A stretch of DNA of 64,000 bases from Nemertoderma westbladi. Lineage: Eukaryota; Animalia; Xenacoelomorpha. Position numbers and translations under genes: made by a program. The first letter of the stretch is position 1, and each line of letters opens with the position of its first letter. The notes under the pieces are model-generated. The model saw nothing but the letters and a program-made list of their open reading frames with translations. It was not told the origin of the DNA and made no database searches. Shown piece by piece: positions 11,667-23,300 of the stretch. The stretch lies in assembly GCA_032718475.1 (NCBI GenBank), contig JAUCBJ010001408.1, positions 22,022 to 86,021 of the forward strand, in the 5' to 3' direction.

Positions 11667-14600
11667 TTATCGCTTAGTAGATCGAGCCCTGCCGCGTCCT
11701 CGAAAACTGCGCACAGGTGACTTTGCTCGCGATATGGGACTTGTGGGGCGAGTCACTGGTTTACTTGGGACGTTGAGAGACGGTGCGACTATTTCCTCAC
11801 AAATTCGTCTATTTGGCATCCCAAAACCTCGACCGATTCCTCGTGACCGATCAGTTGTCGCTACAGTTGGTAGAACGTCTGGGAACGCGCGAGAAGCGGA
11901 CGACGCAGACCCAAGAGTAGCTTGCGCCCCCTGTTGATCAGCTGGTGTATGTCCCGATCCTCCTACTGGTTCTCTTGGAAGTGATACCGTATCCCGAGTA
12001 ACTTGAATAGTCGGCTCAACTCCCTTGCGTTCTTCTACATTAATAATTTTCTTTAATTGTTGGCCCACTTTCTGGACCCGTATGATCCTACCCTGTCCGT
12101 CCTCCCGAGGGTGACATGCAGACGGCGCAACCGGAGTGGCTGGTATATTCGTCGCCTCTAGGACCTCCTCTTCCTCGAATACGCTCGCTCGTATACGTTT
12201 GTGGTAAAACGCGGCTCGGTACGCCCATGCGACGGTTAACCAAGCTCCTTTATTCCGCTTTTCGGTTCGGAAACGATCAAATTCACCATACGTGATACGA
12301 TTTACGACTTTCTGAAAATTCCACGTGTTTTTGTTATCTGGGTGAATCTGTAACAGATACTCGCGCACCACTCGGAATCCGCTGTCGTGGGGCAAAATAT
12401 CGACAACCTCGATAAGTTCGTCATACTGGGGCATAGCGGAGATGTATCCTTTCGACATCATCGTCTGGGGATTTACCGCCCAAAATCCGAGATGCGCTCT
12501 CATCGGAAACCGTCTTCTTTGTGCCGATACATGTTCGTCGGCTAAATCTTCCCACTCATCAAATAACTTCCTCACGAGTTTTACAGATTCGTGTTCATAA
12601 GGTATGTCTCTTAGTTGGCATTCAGATGCTCGATGTCCCTTTATATTGCAATAAGTACATTGAGCCATAAATCTCCAGCAAGTATAAAAGGTATGAGACC
12701 CTTGATCCCCACACCATCCACAGATTAGCTGAGTCGTAGTAATGTGCTTTCCACTGCACTTTGTCATATGATGTCCAGCGACGCCACATTTACTACACAT
12801 CGTATTAGCAGGGTACCACACTCGTTCGTATATAAGATCTCCAATCGGTCGAGCGCTTCCTCCCATACTATAATCGTAATCATCTGGGTCTATGGGTTGG
12901 TAGGTTTCTGAAGGTTGTATACAAACTATAGCATCTGTTGCTTCAAGTTGTCGAATCTCCGTCTGAGATTTCTTTGGGAGGTTCCTTTCTATCTCAAGAA
13001 GTTCCTCTAAAGGATCGTCGGCGATCGTAGTAGTTACTTCGAATTCATCACCAAGGTGACCGATAGGCGCGCGCGTCTGCCGTGATTCATCCGTAATTTC
13101 CACGATACGTTCTCCTTCATAGGGTAACAATGTAAACATAGATGGTCTTTCGATAAGAGATCCCGCACAGCAAAGATACACGTCTCGAAATATACTAAAT
13201 CCTGCTCGAGTAAAGGCATTACACTGAGCGTCGGAGTTGTAGAAGGGTTCAAGGAATCGTCTAAAAACGTCGGTACGAATTCTCCCTTCCATGTAGAACG
13301 TATGATCTTCTCCGAGACAAAGTGGATGTCTTTTGAGAGTCCGAGACACAATGTCGGCGATTAAGCAAACATTCACTGACGACTCTATTGCTAAATAATA
13401 TTGTAAGACCGCTCTTGGAGGTGACGTAATAGCCCAATACACGCATCCTCTCCATTTAAGCTGTGATTCAAACTCACTCATATCTGGAGTATCACCTTCT
13501 CCATAAGTTTCAATATACTTGTTTCTCTTATTTTCCTTATAATCCCAATTGAATAACAGGTAGGAAATGTATCCAGTTCCAGTCTTCTGAGTATTATACT
13601 CACGAAAATATCCCTGTTCTATAGACCACAGAATAAGAGGTCGAGTGTCGACGTATGGTGTCGGTAGTCGGTCATCGCTGTCCGTCATGCCGGCGAAGTC
13701 GCTAATTAAATCCTCCCTTACTCCTGATCCAACCTTTACAACAGTTTTATCTAAAATCATGTTTCTTACCATCTTCGGTAACATTCTAGCGTCGATATTA
13801 CAAGCTTGGTCCATCTTCTTTACTATGTCGGTGATAAGATGGTGTCGCTTTGTATTCGCTGGAGGTATCGGCATTCGTTTGTCGCTCCTCTGTCTACTGA
13901 AAACGTGCAGGACTCCGTCCGCCGCTCTAATTTGTATAGTCTTAGAAGTCAAACTCTGCTGATGACTGCCTCCCTCGTTATCGTAAAACATGTAACCGTT
14001 TTCCTGAAACGATCTAAACGTCCTAGTCCATTCATCCAACAATTCTTCCGAAGGTTGCCAAATCTTCTCTATATCCTTATCATCTTCGAAACGAATAACC
14101 TTACCTCGCCAATCTGCGGCAATATCTGTATCCGACTCGAAGGTTCCGGTTCCAATCCATAAACGAATCGTCTTGGTTAGATATCCTTTCAGATTACTCG
14201 GAGCTATATCGGCACCAGCTCTATCCAGTTCCTTGAAATCTTGAATATGAGGTGGAACGTTGTACACGACCTTTTGAGTAATATGTCTACGTAAATCATA
14301 TATCTTACTCATATCGCTGAAAACAACTGCAGGAAGAAACTCCAAGTTTGAAATGATTTCTGGATGATCCACGATGGGTATTTCGTACGTCGTATCCTGT
14401 CGGACTGGTATACTAATAGGAAAATTGAGTGTCGTACTCAATGGTTTCGTAGTTGAAGTACTATACGGTTGCATTTCTCTTGTCCTTTCCGGGGATGCAA
14501 TCTGTAGTCTCTGAATAACGTTTTGAGCAAAGTTTATGCTCTCGAAAACTTCCGGTGTCATCTCCTTAGCTGGAGTTTGATCGTGTGACGTCCAATGGCA

Positions 14601-15392
14601 AGGTAGGCTCGCGAGTCTTCCACCCCATTCTTCCATCTCACCTTTCTCGAAAGCCTTGTAGGCTCTGTATAGGCTAAGAGCTTCTTTCTTTTCGCGGGTT
14701 GACTGATTTGCCTCGTCCAGCGTAAGTTCAAATACATCGGGTTCAACAACCTTAGGTGGGTAAATGACAGTTTCTCCCGCCTTTGGTCCGGTCATAGCAA
14801 ATGAATGATATGGATTCGATAAAGGATACCCTCCTTCCTGGTAGCGTAGTTGTTGATGGTTCGAACACCTCACCAATATCGGTTCGGGATTTTCCTTATT
14901 CAAACGCATTGGAATCGCATTTCGTTGTTCGCGCATACAAGAACCGCATTGATAATAAAGTTTATAAACTGAAAATGCTTCCTTGGTTTCTCTATCGTCC
15001 CTTCGAGTTCGTCTGTAAAGATGCATTCCATCAAATTCATCTCTTACCGCGGGCATAGGTTCGTGCGCCTTTAGGTATTGCATGGTATGATACAAACGAC
15101 TAATTTCAGTATTGGGGTCTTCGCTAATGTCTCCCGTATCACACAAAGCGTCGTACGGGTACAGTTCATTGAAGGTTTGACACAAACTTTCGATTCTTTC
15201 GTTTAATGCGTTTTGTCTTCTCTTTAATACGTTCGAGTCATATTTAGTTCTCGCGAGTTTCGCTGTACTTTCCGATAATTCTTTTATACCAAATATAGTG
15301 TAGTCCTTGGCTCCAAATCTTTCGAATGGCGCTGCTGCCTCCTCTTGAATATCATATCCCCATCTCGGCTCTCCTTGTGTCCCTTTCTCCAT
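11667..15392 (-). CDS. BEL-A accessory ORF2 (1241 aa): DEDDy-type 3'-5' exonuclease domain plus three CCHC zinc knuckles
   Basis: ExoI FYDNEG..KTIQIR (~13930-14000). ExoII LPKMVRNMILDKTVVKVGSGVRED (~13705-13780). YVDTRPL. ExoIII W..SP...LQYYLAIE (~13380-13440). Knuckles CSKCGVAGHHMTKC, CGWCGDQGSHTFYTC, CTYCNIKGHRASEC (~12620-12800). No signal peptide or TM segment seen. Confidence 0.8.
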   Translation of the reverse strand: MEKGTQGEPRWGYDIQEEAAAPFERFGAKDYTIFGIKELSESTAKLARTKYDSNVLKRRQNALNERIESLCQTFNELYPYDALCDTGDISEDPNTEISRLYHTMQYLKAHEPMPAVRDEFDGMHLYRRTRRDDRETKEAFSVYKLYYQCGSCMREQRNAIPMRLNKENPEPILVRCSNHQQLRYQEGGYPLSNPYHSFAMTGPKAGETVIYPPKVVEPDVFELTLDEANQSTREKKEALSLYRAYKAFEKGEMEEWGGRLASLPCHWTSHDQTPAKEMTPEVFESINFAQNVIQRLQIASPERTREMQPYSTSTTKPLSTTLNFPISIPVRQDTTYEIPIVDHPEIISNLEFLPAVVFSDMSKIYDLRRHITQKVVYNVPPHIQDFKELDRAGADIAPSNLKGYLTKTIRLWIGTGTFESDTDIAADWRGKVIRFEDDKDIEKIWQPSEELLDEWTRTFRSFQENGYMFYDNEGGSHQQSLTSKTIQIRAADGVLHVFSRQRSDKRMPIPPANTKRHHLITDIVKKMDQACNIDARMLPKMVRNMILDKTVVKVGSGVREDLISDFAGMTDSDDRLPTPYVDTRPLILWSIEQGYFREYNTQKTGTGYISYLLFNWDYKENKRNKYIETYGEGDTPDMSEFESQLKWRGCVYWAITSPPRAVLQYYLAIESSVNVCLIADIVSRTLKRHPLCLGEDHTFYMEGRIRTDVFRRFLEPFYNSDAQCNAFTRAGFSIFRDVYLCCAGSLIERPSMFTLLPYEGERIVEITDESRQTRAPIGHLGDEFEVTTTIADDPLEELLEIERNLPKKSQTEIRQLEATDAIVCIQPSETYQPIDPDDYDYSMGGSARPIGDLIYERVWYPANTMCSKCGVAGHHMTKCSGKHITTTQLICGWCGDQGSHTFYTCWRFMAQCTYCNIKGHRASECQLRDIPYEHESVKLVRKLFDEWEDLADEHVSAQRRRFPMRAHLGFWAVNPQTMMSKGYISAMPQYDELIEVVDILPHDSGFRVVREYLLQIHPDNKNTWNFQKVVNRITYGEFDRFRTEKRNKGAWLTVAWAYRAAFYHKRIRASVFEEEEVLEATNIPATPVAPSACHPREDGQGRIIRVQKVGQQLKKIINVEERKGVEPTIQVTRDTVSLPREPVGGSGHTPADQQGAQATLGSASSASRAFPDVLPTVATTDRSRGIGRGFGMPNRRICEEIVAPSLNVPSKPVTRPTSPISRAKSPVRSFRGRGRARSTKR

Positions 15393-16050
15393 AATTAGGG
15401 TGTAGTTACATAATCATTACTACTAGAGGGAATACAACAGAGTTTGTAGTTAGTTGTGAGGAGACGTGAGAGTTTCGTCTGCCCTTTGGGCTTCAACAAC
15501 GCTCTAACCTCCTATCCATAGCCTAAGATCTAGGGTTTCTTTAATGACACGCTGCTTCTTATCTAAAATTTTTTGCCGAAGTAAAAACGAATTTGGGCTA
15601 AACTGGCCGTGAGACTAAAATACTCACCTTTTGATCCCAAACTATTATCAGAAAATAAGCAGTCAAGAATTAGTAATAAATATAGGGGAGTCTATTTTGA
15701 CGTAACTTATTGAAACAAGACCGTGTAAAATTTAATTAAAATTTTAAGAAAGGCTCGCAAGTCTTCCTCTCTTGTTTCTCTAATTTTAAGTTCCACCCGA
15801 CTGTACCCTGAAATCTATTCACTGGAGAAAATTTTAAAAATTTTCAAATCCAAATGGATTGTCTAAAATTTCGAAAATGTCTCAATATTGTGAGTTCCAA
15901 GTAGAATTCCATTTCTTATACCTACAAATCCCGCTCCTATGTGACACATAAGGGTACTACCCTCAATGTTCACATATAAAGACAATGGAATTCTACCGCT
16001 GTCCTTACTACGGTGTACAGGTACGTGGAAATCTATTTGTAAACTCCTAA

Positions 16051-18342
16051 TTATTTACTAGTATTAGGTGGAGATTTGTAGTCTCCAGACTCGTTACGAG
16101 TCTCTTCAAGAAGTACGAGACGTTGAGTCGGTCTGTCTACTGTACGACCGTCAATTGTCCGTACCGTCACAGTTCTTGTCACTCCATCCATAGATGGATG
16201 TGTGGCTAAAATTACACCTGTTATCCAGAAGCGTCTTTTTAGATTCACTTCCGCTAACAGCACGTGATCTCCCGGCTTTAATGCCCGGGTGTTATTGTAC
16301 CAAGTTGTTCTGGCAGAAATAGAGGGCAAATAATGGTTTTGCCATACTTCCCAGAATTTGTTAGCCAGTAGTTGCGTGATTTTCCACGCTTTTCTACCGT
16401 AGCTGTCGCTTTCTGTTGGAATAGAAATTGGCGTCAAAGTGGTCGGTGCCTGCATTAACAGGTGTGCCGGTGTCAAAGCAAACTGAGATTGTTTGTCATC
16501 GGGTACTAATACTATTGGTCTAGTATTTAGTATTGCCTCGATTTCAACAAACAATGTTGTCAGTTGGTCGTCTGTCAGTATGTGGTTTACTGGAATGACC
16601 TTTGCCATGGCTGTCTTTATAGATCTAATCAATCTCTCCCAGACTCCACCTCTCCAAGGACTATCTGGAGGATTAAACTTCCAAACAATCTTGTGAGGTT
16701 GTAGTTCGTTCGAGATTTGATCATGATCTAATTTCTTAAAGGCTCTAGCAATCTCATTCCGAGCACCAACAAAGTTTGTCCCTTGGTCTGAGTACAAGCA
16801 TTTTACTAGTCCGCATCTAGCGATAAATCGCCGCAGTGCTAGTATAAACGCGTTGGTGGAAAGATCCATCACACGTTCAATGTGAACTGCCCTACTGGAC
16901 ATACATGTGAAAATCAGTCCCCAGCGTTTTACTAGTATACGTCCACGTTTCGTATGTATGGGACCAAAGCAATCAATACCAGTCTCTGTAAAAGGTGGTC
17001 TGAATGCTTGAAGTCGTGCTTGTGGTAGTTCACTCAATTCCTGGGTACCTATTCTAGAATGTACCTTTTTACAAATAATACACGTACGTGTCACTGAACT
17101 TAATGCTTTACTGGGTCTAATTAATACAAATCTTATACGTAAGTAGGAAAGACAGTGGTGTCTTCCAGCGTGTTTCAGATGTAAATGTGCGTCCAGTATC
17201 ATTGCACGTTGTAGTTCGTGATGTTGCGGTATTATTATTGGGTACCTAAAGTTCGTGTTAAAGTCAATGTTTTGAAGCCGAGATTTATGACAAATTAAGC
17301 CATTATAAATAATCGGACTCCAACTCAGTATTGGTGACGACTTGATTGGTTGACCTTGATTTATGGATGTGAATTCGCGCGCGAAATATCGCAGTTGGTA
17401 ATGGCGAATTAATTTAATCTCACACCTGTCAATCTCAGCCAATGTAAGTCGACGTGTAAAGTCACGTTTGCCTTTAACGTATTGTACGAAACGTACAATC
17501 CACGCTAACTTTCGGCAAGCGTTTGACCAAGAGTCTGTTAAGTTTACAATCCGGTCGACGTGAGTATTGGTGACGTCATCAGGTAAGTCAATGGAGATTT
17601 TGGAAGGTTTTGAATTACTAGAAGGGCCCACGGGTCCGCCGGTAAGTATTCCCTTGTTGACTGTTGATCCGTCCGGGTCTACAAGTAATTTGTCCTTCTT
17701 CGTCTTCTTACCTTGATTGTCAGTACTTTGTAAGTCGATCGTTAATGGTGGTTTGAACTCTATGGGATCAGTGGGTTTCGGTAAACTTATTTTTCTGCCG
17801 ATATTAATCCCAGGTTTCACCATAGGTTGCAAGTTCGGTATGTCTCTTGAGCGCAAAGTAACACCTGTATTTACATTAGCGTAGGTACTACCCACATCTG
17901 TAATACATGAGGTTTCACCGTGCTTATGGTTGCTCAAGTGTGTCAAAATTGGTAGTTTGTCAATACAAGGCCGCTCCAATAGGGAAACTGCGGCTTTACT
18001 GTTAGTCGATACATTACTAATGTCCGGTAGAACATTTTGTGATGTTTCTGACAAAATGTCTAGTCGACTGTCTAGTAATGTGTCTGGCGATACGTCTGGT
18101 AACGTATCTGGTTGTTTGTCAATAGAAGGCCGCTCCAATAGGGAAACTGCGGCTTTACTGTTAGTCGGTGTGTTACTAGCGTCTGGTAGAATGTCTGGTT
18201 GACCGTCTAGTAACGTGTCTGGTTGACCATCTGGCGATATGTCTGGTGTAGAAAGGCTCGCAAGTCTTCCTCTCTTGACCTTTGAAGTTATCGCTTGTGT
18301 CCTTCTGGGCTCCTCCCCGAGGCGCACCCACGAGGCGGACAC
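16051..18342 (-). CDS. pol: BEL-A integrase-containing ORF (low-complexity linker plus HHCC and DDE integrase)
   Basis: HLHLKHAG...CIICKK, GIDCFGP, SDQGTNFVGA, GGVWERLIRSIK, LNTRP, LTPAHLL. The true start is unknown. Confidence 0.92.
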   Translation of the reverse strand: MSASWVRLGEEPRRTQAITSKVKRGRLASLSTPDISPDGQPDTLLDGQPDILPDASNTPTNSKAAVSLLERPSIDKQPDTLPDVSPDTLLDSRLDILSETSQNVLPDISNVSTNSKAAVSLLERPCIDKLPILTHLSNHKHGETSCITDVGSTYANVNTGVTLRSRDIPNLQPMVKPGINIGRKISLPKPTDPIEFKPPLTIDLQSTDNQGKKTKKDKLLVDPDGSTVNKGILTGGPVGPSSNSKPSKISIDLPDDVTNTHVDRIVNLTDSWSNACRKLAWIVRFVQYVKGKRDFTRRLTLAEIDRCEIKLIRHYQLRYFAREFTSINQGQPIKSSPILSWSPIIYNGLICHKSRLQNIDFNTNFRYPIIIPQHHELQRAMILDAHLHLKHAGRHHCLSYLRIRFVLIRPSKALSSVTRTCIICKKVHSRIGTQELSELPQARLQAFRPPFTETGIDCFGPIHTKRGRILVKRWGLIFTCMSSRAVHIERVMDLSTNAFILALRRFIARCGLVKCLYSDQGTNFVGARNEIARAFKKLDHDQISNELQPHKIVWKFNPPDSPWRGGVWERLIRSIKTAMAKVIPVNHILTDDQLTTLFVEIEAILNTRPIVLVPDDKQSQFALTPAHLLMQAPTTLTPISIPTESDSYGRKAWKITQLLANKFWEVWQNHYLPSISARTTWYNNTRALKPGDHVLLAEVNLKRRFWITGVILATHPSMDGVTRTVTVRTIDGRTVDRPTQRLVLLEETRNESGDYKSPPNTSK

Positions 18343-19498
18343 CTTTCCACCACCCCTGGGGCCAGTCCAACAGATGTTATCATCAGACCGGGCCGGAGGG
18401 TGGCCTGATGCTTCCCGGGTTCTGTTTTCGGTCCCCCGATCACACCAGCACAGCTCGTCGAACGTGTAGCCAGATGGGCGGCTACTGTCAACTTACTGTG
18501 GCCTGACTGTACATTGAGCCAACTCAAAGTATAACAAAGAGTCAACCGGCAGGTGGACCAGTCGATAGCGATCGAGCACCAAGGTCGCCCTTGGGCCTAA
18601 CCGACGGTCTTGTCCCAAGCGGGCTTGCGCTACCCAACATGGAATATTGACACGTTTTCACCTGCCTCGCCGGCAATATTGAGGGGACACCGTTCCTCAA
18701 CAATATTGACTAGCTCGAAAGCTAGGAACAAGTAACCACTTACCCGTCCTGTACACGTGTACTCAACAGATGTTCACGAAATCAAGTACACTACGGTAAA
18801 CACAAAATCTGACACATACCATGCACACACAGAGGACATAATCGGGTAAAGACAAAATCGGGGTCAAAATCGGGAAAGACAAATCAGAGGGGACAAAATT
18901 GTATCGACCAAGCACCAAGTCGAGAGTACCTTATTTTGCCGTCAGGGCAAAATAACTTTGTGTGCACAAAGTATGCTGGGGCGCAGTAAAGTATGGTCCT
19001 ACTAATACCAGCGGCGTCTTGTCCAACTGGCAAGGGTTCCCATACCCACTCGCAGTGGCCACACATACAATCACGTGTACTCACGTACCCACAGCAACAG
19101 AAAACTCAAGACCCGACGGTTTATTCCAATGCCACCAAAGACCAAGTCAGCTGAACATGGAGACAATAACATATAGTATCAAAAAAACGGAACAGCTGAC
19201 GGTCAATGGAACCATCCAAGCCCCAAGCAAACTGCCACTGATCGCCCACATACAAAACATAGTCCACGCCACATGAGCCACAAATCACGCCATGCCACCA
19301 CCCCTACTGTGTACAGGACTGGCAGTACGGCAACAGGCCGACTAGACGGTACCACGGCACCATGGCAATTCATGGTTCGTTAGACACGAGGGCCATCAGT
19401 ATCTCCCTTGCACTTAGGCGAAGAGATTTAACGTGCCCCCAGACCCTCACGAGTCCGCCGCCGCCTGTTAAAGACACCCCTATAGAGACCTCACCTCT

Positions 19499-20398
19499 TT
19501 AGGTATCTTTCCATTTCGCCTTCGGTTTTTTCTTGAGTTTTGCCACCGTCGTCCTTTTCTTCGCCTTCCCCTTTTTTGGTTTCTTGATTTCAGCGTCCTT
19601 AGGGATGGTGTTAGACTTGTTGTCGTATAACGGCGGCCAATGTAGTGTTGAACCTTGTAAGAATTGTGGTCCGTGTTGCCAAAATTCTTTGTTCTCCGGT
19701 TTACAGAATTCCTCAGGCATCATTCCTCGCGACGCAATATCAGCTGGGTTTTGTGGTCCGGGACAATGTCGCCAATCCTCTTTTATTGAACGGTCTAGAA
19801 TTTCCGCGCGACGGTTAGCTACGAATGTCTTGAATTCTAGTGTGTCGTTGTTTATGTAAAATAAAACCAACGTCGCGTCAGTCCAATAAAATATCTGTAA
19901 ACTTGACTGTAGTTCCGTCTGTATGAGGTTCACAATGGTGGTTGACAGTGTTGCGGCTTGTAGCTCAGCTCGTGGTGTCGTCATATACTTAGTAGGCATG
20001 GTCTTAGCCTTAGAAGTAATGAGCGAAACATCGAACTCGTCTGAGTCTACTTGTCTGCGCAAGTACGCTGCCACACCAAAACCGTTGTCACTGGCGTCAG
20101 AAAAACAGTGCAATTCCAAGTTGTCAGGAAATGTACTTTGTAATGGAAAGTAAACCCTGGGTATGAAATAATCCTCTAACGAAGATAATTCCGCCTCCCA
20201 GGTCTTCCATAAGTCCACTTGGTCTGATGAGATCGGCTCGTCCCATGTTAGTCCATCCTTCCATATACTGCGCATATAAATGCGGGCTTGCAGTATCACT
20301 GGACTGATGAATCCTAACGGATCGAACAATCGGCTCAATTTTGACAAGCATGATCTCTTTGTCAGTATGTTCTCTTGACTGTCCAGTCTCACTTTCAC
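19499..20398 (-). CDS. pol: BEL-A RT-connection/RNase H segment, in frame with gag-pol after a TGA
   Basis: TKRSCLSKLSRLFDPLG, LHCFSDAS, PRAELQAA, YWTDATLVL, FVANR, WRHCPGPQNPADIASRG, WQHGPQFL. Confidence 0.92.
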   Translation of the reverse strand: MKVRLDSQENILTKRSCLSKLSRLFDPLGFISPVILQARIYMRSIWKDGLTWDEPISSDQVDLWKTWEAELSSLEDYFIPRVYFPLQSTFPDNLELHCFSDASDNGFGVAAYLRRQVDSDEFDVSLITSKAKTMPTKYMTTPRAELQAATLSTTIVNLIQTELQSSLQIFYWTDATLVLFYINNDTLEFKTFVANRRAEILDRSIKEDWRHCPGPQNPADIASRGMMPEEFCKPENKEFWQHGPQFLQGSTLHWPPLYDNKSNTIPKDAEIKKPKKGKAKKRTTVAKLKKKPKAKWKDT

Positions 20399-23300
20399 TC
20401 AAAAGTTGTCTGTGTTTGGGTCCCAAAAGAGCCCCAACACCTTAGTCGTCGGTAGTGGTTCGAACTCTAGGTCTATGTCACCACCTCCACGCTCAGTAGT
20501 CCCGAATGAGTCTACTAATTCGGCACTGTTTGAGGCGAATTTGGTGAGGTTAAAACCTCCGCCCGCTAAGCAGTCCCGTAATTGATGTGCTACTGTGTCG
20601 CAACTCTGTAAACCGTCGTCTACATAAAAGTCACGTTCTACGATTTTAATTATCTCTGGGTCATATAGATGTTTCTGATCCCTAGCGGCCTGCTTTAGGG
20701 CGTACATCGTGCAATTTGGGCTGTCTCTGGCACCGAAAACGCGAACTTGCATTTGGTAAGTCGCTGGTGGTAGACTTAAGTCTCCTTCCGGGTACCAGAG
20801 GAACCGCAAACTGTCTCTGTCTCGCTCTAACGCTCTCACTTGGTGAAACATCGCTTCAACGTCACAAGTAAAAGCTACTTGACGCTGACGGAAGCGCATA
20901 ATCACCCCCATAAGATAATTATTCATGTTTGGTCCATCCATCAACTTACTATTGAGGGACATTCCCTCAAACAGAGCCGCACAGTCATTGACTACGCGTA
21001 CTTTATCTGGTTTGTCGGGGTGTCTCACATAGTGATGTGGCAAGTAATAGGTTTGGTCAGTCACTATCTCCGGGTTAGTCATTCGGATAGCATATCCCTT
21101 AGTCAAATACGTCTCCATCTGAGTGTTGTACTGCAGATGGGCTTTCTCGTCCTTTAATAGACGTTGCCGTATTGAGTGTAGACGTCTCAAAGCCAGTGGA
21201 TAGTTGTTTATAAGTTTAGGACTTTGGCTACGCCATAACATCCCTACCTCATAATGTCCGTCTTTCGTCTGGCGGATAGTATCTTCCATGATCTTCAGAG
21301 ATTGTTTCTCCTGTTCCGACATACAAGGTTCGTAGCTACCAGGTTCAGCTGTATCTTGTTCTAACCACCTGATAGTCTTCTCCGTTAATTCTTTGTCCAG
21401 TGCAGCTTGTTCCACTTGATGAATTTTCAACGCGTCATCATCGATATCGACGGGCACTGTTGAGGTTATTGGGGTAGGTAGACTCGCAAGCCTATCATCT
21501 GTCGTCGATGGAATCTCTAGCTGACTCGTCTTCTCCCCAAGTTTTAAACTCACCTGGTGGGTTAGCTGCTCCTTGTGACTTATCATACTAGTTACATGTC
21601 TGTCATGTTTTGTCGACTGTAGCGTAGTATGGTTCACGTCGTGTGAAAAGGAATGAATTGAATTTGTAGTTAATAAACTACATGTACTCTGTACATCGAC
21701 TTCCTCGTCACTTACGTCTAGTGTGCGCACAGGCGCTCGAGTATACCACCCTATCGGCGTTCTGCAGGCGTATGCGTTTCCCGCTACAACTGCCGATGGT
21801 CTGGTTTCCCACACCTGATGTAGGTTGAATTGGTCTGTCCCGATCAGCATTGCTACCGATCTATAATTGACAGGACATTCGGGTACACCAAGGTGTCTGA
21901 AATACTTACGGTCCTCTAGAGATTGTTCCGGCACTGGACCTAGTAGGTTACTAAAGTCCTTCGTAGCCGCAAAGGTTAGATCTTTAAAGGGCAACAAAGA
22001 CCTCTCCCTCTCGCTGTGTTGCGATTTCGGAAGAAGAGAGTCTAAGTCTAACTTAACTCGTGTCACTGGTATTGCACGCTGTCCGTGCATACTACTTACT
22101 GTATAACTGACCTGCTTACCTTGTCTGAGATCCGTCACGACGTCAGCTATCTTTTCATCCACGTAACTGTGAGATGAGGCTGAATCTAGAATCGCGTAGA
22201 TCCTCTTACTCCCCTTTGTGCCAGTGATCTTAATCGGGATTACACTGAATCCCTTCAGTTGGTCAGTGGTCAGAAGCGCGATCGACGGTTGTTCGTCTCC
22301 ATTGGAATATTCGTCGTCGTCTTCTGATTCTTCGTCCGACGATCCGGATTGTTCTGAGAAGCAATCCTCAATATGGGTCACGAAGGTTGGAGTCGTTTTC
22401 GATTCTCGTTTCCTGTAGGCCGCATCACATCTTGCTGCTGCTTCCGGGTGTTCCCTGGCGAAGCGTTTCGTCGGCGTGTGGCTGTCTGTGTGGAGCAGAC
22501 CGTCGTGGTTGCGTCCACAGGATGGACAAGTGTCGGTATTTGGGCAATCTTTACGGACGTGTCCGTGTCGCGTACACCGCCAACAAGAGTCCAGTGGCCG
22601 TATCTGCAGCTGTCGTTCTTCCGAGTTCAACTCGCGAAATTGTCGACAACCTCGTAACTTGTGACCGATATACCGCTTGCCTAGATGCTCGCAGTATTGG
22701 CAGCCGCTGAAGTCGGTACTGAGTTGTTGTCTCGTCTGTTTTGTCCCAATGGGCGCAGATACCCTACTACCGTCGGAGAATTGTCGGGTTTCAGTCGATG
22801 TGGTGTAAGTGGCCGTCTTAGTGGATGTTGTCTGGGGTTTTTGTCGGTTGGAGGATGGCAATGTGATTCCTTCTGCCACGATGTGCTGGTCGGTGTAGTT
22901 AGATCTAGTTTCTACTACTGCCTCCCTGTATATTAAAAGGTACACATCTTCTAATTTTAAGAATCCTCCCCGCTCTTCTCGCTGGTATTCGACCTTTCTC
23001 CACTCCCGACAAAGTCGATGGTGGAGTCGTCCTATGATCTTTAATAGGACTGTAGGGGTATTCCCGTAATCAAGTTGTCCAATGGATCGTAAAGTAGTGA
23101 TAGCGTTCTTGATTTCGTCGGCCAGTTTTAATAAGTCGACGGGTTTAGTGATAGCCCCTCCCTTACAGAGTTCCTCTATTACTGACCTGGCCATACTAAC
23201 TGTACCTCCGTATATCGAAGTTAAACGATCGTACGCTAGTTCGAAAGCGTCTGGTACACCAACGAAGGTCTCTGCCAAACGTTTAGGTTCTCCTGACAAC

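Noticed and set aside
11667-15392. ORF2 as an envelope protein
   Set aside because: No signal peptide or transmembrane anchor; nuclease and zinc-knuckle motifs instead.
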